A stretch of DNA of 58,138 nt, filler included, from Catajapyx aquilonaris (Eukaryota): the NCBI GenBank assembly GCA_000934665.2. It is 2 parts of 2 records of this genome, joined end to end, with 100 filler letters (N's around TTAATTAATTAA, not from the genome) between each part and the next. Parts side by side here need not be neighbours in the genome. Positions count along the whole stretch, not along the records: positions 29,175 to 58,138 come from KZ539230.1; 1 more part is not named here. One strand, 5' to 3'. Both the position numbers and the translations under genes were made by a program. How positions within the stretch are numbered: position 1 is the first letter of the stretch; each line of letters starts with the position of its first letter. The notes under the pieces are model-generated. The model saw only the letters and a program-made list of their open reading frames with translations, was not told the DNA's origin and made no database searches. Below are positions 50,865 through 58,138 of the stretch, piece by piece.

Positions 50865-51385
50865 TCATAAGCCATAAGATTTCTCATAACAATGAACTAA
50901 GTTACCCATAAGATTTCTCATAACAATGAACTAAGTTACCCATAAGATTTCTCATAACAATGAATTACCCATATGATTTCTCATAATAATGAACTTCCCG
51001 TACGATTTCCCATAAGAATAAATGTAAGATTTTCCATAATAACAGACACAATATTTCCCATAAGAAGCATGAGATTTCCCATTAGAATCTCCATCTGGTT
51101 TCATGAGGATTTCCGTATTAATGGATTTCCCATAATAATAGACGTAATGTTTCCCATAAGAAGAAGCATAAGATTTTCCATAAGAATCTCCATATGATTT
51201 CGTATGGTTTTCTCCATTAATGGATTTCTACTCGAAGTTCCCATAAGGTGCTTATTCCCATAAGGAGCTGATAGAATAAGTTCGTTATTGGTAGCTACTG
51301 ATCCTTCACCGCAGAGCCATATGTGGTCTTAGACTTAGACCCTTGGAAACTCACCATCAGTCCTATAGAAAGTATCCCATAAGTT
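50865..51385. repeat. TTCCCATAAG degenerate repeat field
   Basis: Includes a 34-bp tandem unit at 50873-50965. Confidence 0.8.
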
Positions 51386-51959
51386 AACATTGAAACACCT
51401 GGATTTCAATTCTTACCCTCAATCGGGTATTGGCTACATGAAAAACCACAGTGACATATAAGATACGTGACTTCCCATAAGATGTCCTTCGTCCAGCTAA
51501 GAGCAATGATCTATCCGGACAACCAAGATCCGTCCCAGTAATTAGTCCAGGCGAAACAGCAAGAAGCAGGGGGTTATAAATCATTGGAAGAGTAAGGTGA
51601 TCCAAGGGCCCAGTGGTCATTATCCGAGGCTTCCAGATCGGGGATTGGCTGACTCCAATTCTCTCTCCTCCTCCAGGCCACATTAGGCCTGACATCCCCG
51701 AAAAGGAAGTGTAAAGTGGATCGGTGCAAGGAAATAGGCTCAAGGGATCGCTCTAATTATCTGGCCCCATCTTGGCGGATAATGAAGGGGAAGGATCTGG
51801 GGAGAAGGAGAGTAAAAGACTCCGGATAAAAGAAAAGGGGAGGTGATGGAGCAGGGATCAGGAGATTGTCAAGGCGGTGCAATAGTTCCTTCCGATCCGA
51901 TCAAGGAAGATTGTCAATGCCATCTAGGAAAGATATTCCGTTTTGCTCTCTATGGAATG

Positions 51960-52870
51960 TTTATATATTTATTTATTTAATTTATTTATTTCGAATTTAG
52001 TTATTTTATTTATTTTATTTATTTCGAATTTAGTTATTTATTTATTTATTTCGAATTTAGTTATTTATTTATTTATTTCGAATTTAGTTATTTATTTATT
52101 TATTTCGAATTTAGTTATTTATTTATTTATTTCGAATTTAGTTATTTAGTTATTTATTTAGTTATTCATTAATTCATTTATTTCATTCATTTATTTATTT
52201 ATTTTAATATTAGTTATTTATCTATTTAGCTATTTATTAGAGAGTAAATAGTTTTTAGTCTTTATTAATAATTATCATGTAGTTGTTATATATTAGCTGT
52301 TATTTATTGGTTTTTATTAGTTATCATGTAGTTATTGATTAGTTATCATGTCGTTATTTATTAGTTATCATGGAGTTATTATCTATTAGGTATTTATTAA
52401 TTATTTAGCTGCTAATATTAATAGTTATTTCTTGGATAATAAGTTATCTTTTGAATGAAAAAACTACTTCTTCGATAAAAAGTTATTTCGTGGCTGATTA
52501 ATAGTTATTTATTTGTTATCAATCAGCTATTTATTTTGTCATTTAGTTTTCTGTAAGTTAGTTATTGGCTATTTGTTTTAATGTCACTTGTGTGAGTTAT
52601 TATATTTGTTTTAACCATTTTGAGTGATTTCTTTATTCATCTATACATTGATTTGTGTCTCAGTTATTATTTCTTATTGGTTCCCGGTTATTGAATAGTT
52701 ACTTATTACTAGCTGCATATTAGTTTAGCTAACTACTATTTTTTATCAACTGATTAATAGTTTTATTTAGTAATTAGATGTCAGGTATTTAGTTAGTTAT
52801 TAGTTATTTGTTTTTAATGCCATTTGTGTCAACTAATACATATGTTTTTAATGTTTTAATTGTTATTATT
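51960..52870. repeat. 27-bp minisatellite and TTAT/TAGTT-rich field
   Basis: ATTTATTTATTTATTTCGAATTTAGTT units. Confidence 0.85.
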
Positions 52871-53519
52871 AGCTGGTTCTATGCACCTGGTGGGTAAGAT
52901 GTTGAGTGCCATCTATGGATCAGGAGTATCCATATAAAGTGAGCAGTGTGTTTATGACGCCTGAATGTACAAAAACCTGGTCCCGATTGTCCTGCTGGCC
53001 ATTCCCAGGCCTGAGCTTAACATGGTTTTAATCTCCTAAACGCATTTTCCATCCGGAAACTTTCCATTCCTGGAGCACAAAGTCAACTTTGAGCTCTCAA
53101 TGGTGGGAGGGCCAATGGCAAGGTCCCCCTCCCCCCATCCCCCATGTTTCTACCCCCCCCCCCTCGTCAATATTCACCCCCACATAAAAGGGTGGTTACA
53201 CACACATACGACGCAGCACTTTTCAACTCAGAATGTGACATCTCTGTCAGTCACACCTGGGTAGAAAAGAAGGTTGGAAAATTTTCCACAATAGACACAA
53301 GCCCTGGTTTTTGGCACCTAAACTAGAGTCGATATATCTAAAATTAACAAATACCCTTATATCGATATATAGAAATTTATATCGAACCTATGAAATGTGT
53401 TTAAATTATTTAAAATCATTTTGAACGCTCTAAATATATCTATATCAATTTTTTGATGTCTATTTTACTTGGAATCGATTTTTCGATATTCTACAAACCG
53501 GTATTCTACGATATTCATA

Positions 53520-53710
53520 CCGATATTTTTAGATATTTTGATTTATCGATTTTCACACCGATATTTTCAGATATTTTGATTTATCGATTTTCACTCCGAT
53601 ATTTTCAGATATTTTGATTTATCGATTTTCATACCGATATTTTCAGATATTTTGATTTATCGATTTTCATACCGATATTTTCAGATATTTTGATTTATCG
53701 ATTTTCATAT
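53520..53710. repeat. Tandem repeat, ~38-bp unit
   Basis: CCGATATTTTCAGATATTTTGATTTATCGATTTTCATA, about 5 copies. Confidence 0.9.
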
Positions 53711-55484
53711 CGATGTTTCTTTTAAAATCAAGTGACAAATCAGGTGATATATCGAAAATTTACAAATCAAGACACGAAATCGATATATGAAACGCTTGCT
53801 TATGGATAAGATTTTCGATAAGAATCGGCCACATGGCAGATACGGCTTTATTGCTAAGAACCTCCCATTTTGATCATACCCCGTTTCTTTTTCGCGAATC
53901 TGGCTACTCCTTTGTTCTTTCACGAATGTTTTACCTCTCGCCTCATCTTGCTAATGACTTTCGCAGCATTTACACCCCAAGACGTGCATGGATACAGTGC
54001 GAAAAGGTAACACCGTAATTAAAGACTCCGCCTTGATTCAACCCTAAATCAAGCAAGGCGAGGCCATATTGCCTACACTCATTACCAAATGTACCGCCAG
54101 GGGGTTTTTTCTCTCTCTTTTTCTTATGTACTGTTGTATATGTATCTAATGTATTATTACCCGGACGGCGCCACAGACGGAAGAGACCATAATTCTTCAT
54201 TATTATCTGGCATTATTGCGGTGGGAGGGCCATCTATCCGCTTTTGCTCGACTCCGTTTCCATAACTGCGGCTGTATTACCCTCGAACTGTCGTACATTG
54301 GGTCTAGGAAGTTGTGTGCAAGTTTTGTATCTAGGAATAAATGCTGGTTTTGTGTGTAGTCTATGCGGGGGTTATTTATGGGAGGGGAAAGGGGAGGGAG
54401 GTTTATGGGGAGGTCACAAATCGTGCTGGTGGATAGATGGGGTTAGATTAGGGTGAGGGTCGAGATTTTGCGATATATCGGACTATACATCGATATTTTA
54501 GGAATATCTAAAATCTGAAATATTTTGAAGTGTTTTAAAATAGATTAAACTACTTTTGGTATCGATTATCTGAAGTTCAAATTTCTTTGAAATCGGTTTT
54601 TGTGGAGATTTCGATATGAATTTATTCGATATGCTTACAAATTGGTTTGTCAGTTCTATTAAATTTTTGATATCGACATTCTGCAGTTACATCGGATTAT
54701 ATATCGATAATATAAAAATGTGAAATCTTTAAAAGTGTTTTTGGTATCAATCTTATTTTTAAAATTTGCTAGGAATCTATTTTGTCGATATTTCCATATA
54801 CACGCTTATTCGATATCATTACAAATTGATTTGTCAGTTTAGTTCAATTTTTGATATCGATTTTTCGTTGCTAAACTTTGCTTGGCATCGATTTTTGTTG
54901 AAATTTCGATATATGAACTCTTTCCATATTATGTGTACAAATTGTTTCCGTTCGATTTTAGGTACCGATTTTCACATGTTTCATTCTGAATCGATATATT
55001 GATATTTCAACATAATATGCACAATTCCACATTTTGATGTCTATATTAATTGATTAGGCTAGTTTTTTGTGTCCCAGTATTTTAAATAGAAACCACCTAT
55101 TTTTTCGATACATCACAATTATCGCTCAATAGAGTATTTCTAAAATAGATTGAATACGTGAAATAATACGATGTAATATTTAAAATATTATTGTTGTACA
55201 GTCTTTTGATGGTATAGATTTCTGTTTGGTTTAAATTATTCGGTATCGATGTTTATATACTGATATCTTGATTTCGATTACTTGCTATTATGATTTTGCA
55301 ATATTATATCTTAAGAGAGTAATATTTCGATATGTAGATTACGCTATTGTCCCATTGTTTTCTCAATATTCTTATGCATCGATGTGTACATTTACAGCAA
55401 TTTCTATTTATCATTTTTGATACCGGTATCGATATTCCAATGCATTGTTCTTTATAATAACAATATTCGAAACATTCGATACTA

Positions 55485-56580
55485 TAGGTATGTAGGATCA
55501 GTATGAGATCCGTGTGCTCTCGGACGATCAATATTGTTTCCAATAAATACTAGAAATGATCCAGGATCATCTGGATCAATCCTCAAATCACTGTAAGAAT
55601 CAAATATCATAGGATCAGTACTTTCGTTGCATTTCATCTTAATCTCCGGATCAATATGATCCCCATGTAGATCAGTGATTCCATCCTCAAATCCCTGAAA
55701 TATGATCCCCTCCTCACCTGATCCTCAACCGTGATTGACTGTCATGTTCAATCTTGTTTCCAACCAGACAAAGATATAAACCTATCCTGATCCTGACTTT
55801 TTCTAATCAATCTCTTCGAAATTGACGGAAGGTAAATATTCCTCCAAAAGACTATATCAAGCCACGGTCGATCAAGAGTCGCTTTATTGCGTTTCCAACC
55901 CTCATTCATCAGGCAGACTATGATCAAATAGATATAATGTGCTCGACCTTTAGGACAGAGTTCGATCGTATTTTTTTTAAAAAAAAAGAACTCGTCATAA
56001 CTGGTGATTGTTGAAGCTTGCAACCTGTCAGTCTGAATTTTTGTTAGAGCAACATGCGATGTCTCAGCTTGAGATCCGAGTTTGCGTGATCTGATTCCTA
56101 TCGTCACCATTTGAACCTGAATTATTAAGAGAGTCGGTGTTTTTGGGTTAACCAGTGGTGACAACAGCGCAGTGGGTACAATGAAAGCAAAATTGGGATC
56201 AGTGCCAGGATCAGTTGAGGACCATTTCTAGGATCAGATGATCCCAAAGTAATCTGTCCGATGAGGATCAGTTGATCCCAATATCATCTCATTCAGTGAG
56301 GATCAGTGATCCCAAAATCGCCTGTCCATTGAGGATCAGTAGATCCCAAAATCATCCGTTGATTGAGGATGAGCTGATCACAAAAATCAAGTCCATTGAA
56401 GATCTGTTGATTCCAAAATCGTCAAAAATCAGTGATCCCTAAATCATCACATCCAGTGAGGATCAGTTGATCATTATTAGTTTAATAGAATCAGATCAAA
56501 GATCATCCAAAAATCATCTGTCGATTCAGGATCAGTTGATCCAGTGTACTAGGATCAGAAAATCCCAAGGATCATCCGTA
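55485..56580. repeat. GATC-rich degenerate repeat fields
   Basis: GAGGATCAGTTGATCCCAAA-type units, mainly at 56195-56580. Confidence 0.8.
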
Positions 56581-57059
56581 CTGAGCATAACCGGCCGTAA
56601 AACCCGTCTCATTACCCGGTAGCACTCGCTAGCAATCTAATTAATGCAAGTACAAACCCAACTTGAATTCACCCGCTCTTTTTTTAACCCCCTCCCACCC
56701 TTAGCCGAACATGCAAATGTGAATCGATCTCCCCCCCCCCCCAACTCCCACCCTCCAATCCCTGAAAGGACTCTCTCTAGACTACCTAACCAGTGGTTGC
56801 ATTCAAACATACCTGACCAAAAAACCACAGGTCACCTCAGAAAGTCCAGCTCTCTGCCTATTGGTCACATCAACTCTAGTTAGGTCCTGGTTACTTTGAA
56901 TGTTACGTCAGCTAACATTTCGTCCAATGTAATTTGACACCTCGAGTTTTTACGATATCCTCAGCGATATTTTGTCCTAAATTTTTTGTCCGATAAAGTT
57001 TGACCTGGACACATTATACCCGAGACGTAAATTTACGAAAATACATGAAGTGAAGCTGA

Positions 57060-57562
57060 ACGGAATTACCCTGGATTAAAATATACAAAATGACCCGAAC
57101 AATATTCCCAAAGCTACCCGAAGATGTACGGAATTACCCGAACAATTCCCAAAGCTACCCGAAGATGTACGGAATTACCCGAACAATTCCCAAAGCTACC
57201 CGAAGATGTGCGGAATTACCCGAACAATTCACGTAGCTACCGGAAGATGTATTGAATTGCCTGAAAAAAATGTGCGGATTTATCTGAACCATATGCGAAG
57301 CTACCCGAAATAAAAGTATACCGGTATACGAATTTACTTGAAGAAAAGATGTACGGAATTATCCCAGAAAAACTGCACGGAACTACCCTAATGCTGTCTG
57401 AAGCTATACCCGACGTAAAAACGTGCGGAATTACACAAAGTGAAGATGTAGGAATTATTCCAGGTAAAAATGCACGGAATTATCCGAACAATGCCTGAAG
57501 CTATCAGAAGTAAAAGTATACGGAATTATCATAAGGGAAACTGTGCGGAATTACCCGAACAA
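57060..57562. repeat. 41-bp minisatellite with degenerate flanks
   Basis: CGGAATTACCCGAACAATTCCCAAAGCTACCCGAAGATGTA. Confidence 0.9.
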
Positions 57563-57867
57563 TGTGAATTTTCATACCACGGATATTTTTATGCCACGTG
57601 AATTTTTGTAACAGGGAAATTTTTATACCACAATTTTTTTAAATAACACATGAAAAGAAATCATAACAGGGTTTTTTTTTGTTTTTGGCACACGAATATT
57701 TTTTAAGAATATACTGAAACACAAATTATCACATTCTTTTACTTATTAACACACTAACTAATAAGGCTAAAAAAAGGTAACCTAAATCAAACATTTTATG
57801 GTGATTGTTGAATTTTGTGGCGCCCTTTCTTTACAATAAGTACATGCTGGAGAGAGTGCCAGTATCG

Positions 57868-57942
57868 AAGTAGCGCAGTGGTCTAGTGGTTAAGACTCTC
57901 TCTTCGTAACCTGAAGGTTGAAGGATCGAATCCAGAAAGGAA
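57868..57942 (+). mobile_element. tRNA-like SINE head / tRNA pseudogene
   Basis: GTGGTCTAGTGGTTAAG A box and GGATCGAATCC B box; acceptor stem does not pair. Confidence 0.55.
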
Positions 57943-58071
57943 GACGTCGTTTCTTTTTATCGCTATGGACCTTTCTCGCTGTTACTTCATCACTCATTTC
58001 ACATTTATTTCTCTTTGAAGTGCATCTGGTAAATAGGCTAAACCCTTCCAACACTCACACTCACGTTGCAG

Positions 58072-58138
58072 CATGGCGTGGCTGTGTGGTAGCGCATCAG
58101 ACTCTCAATCGGGAGATGTGGGTTCAAATCCCGTGTCT
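58072..58138 (+). mobile_element. tRNA(Glu-CTC)-like SINE head
   Basis: TGGCTGTGTGG A box, CTC anticodon loop, GGTTCAAATCCC B box; truncated by the window end. Confidence 0.55.

Overview
Eukaryotic animal genomic DNA, most likely arthropod; no prokaryotic genes or CRISPR. The window is two sequences joined by an artificial 100-bp spacer (44 N + TTAATTAATTAA + 44 N, 29075-29174), so adjacency across it cannot be trusted. The left part (1-29074) is gene-bearing. It has a divergent pair of variant ionotropic receptors (one with an intronless CDS, one with 3 coding exons), two tandem 6-exon Aa_trans-family amino-acid transporter paralogues, and a decayed RCHY1/Pirh2 pseudogene that the ORF track misses. 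It also holds many mobile elements: tRNA-SINEs with V and Meta domains, an RNase H LINE with TSD, Helitrons, MITEs and a Sola2-like remnant. The right part (29175-58138) has no recognisable CDS. It alternates enhancer-like islands with degenerate minisatellite fields, and contains an array of six CTCF motifs and two adjacent long near-perfect palindromes. The most notable observations are a near-identical promoter/exon-1 cassette shared by the two otherwise diverged transporter genes, a covarying 3' stem-loop shared by several SINEs and a LINE end, the CTCF array, and the double palindrome. All family calls come from motif recognition by eye, with no database search.
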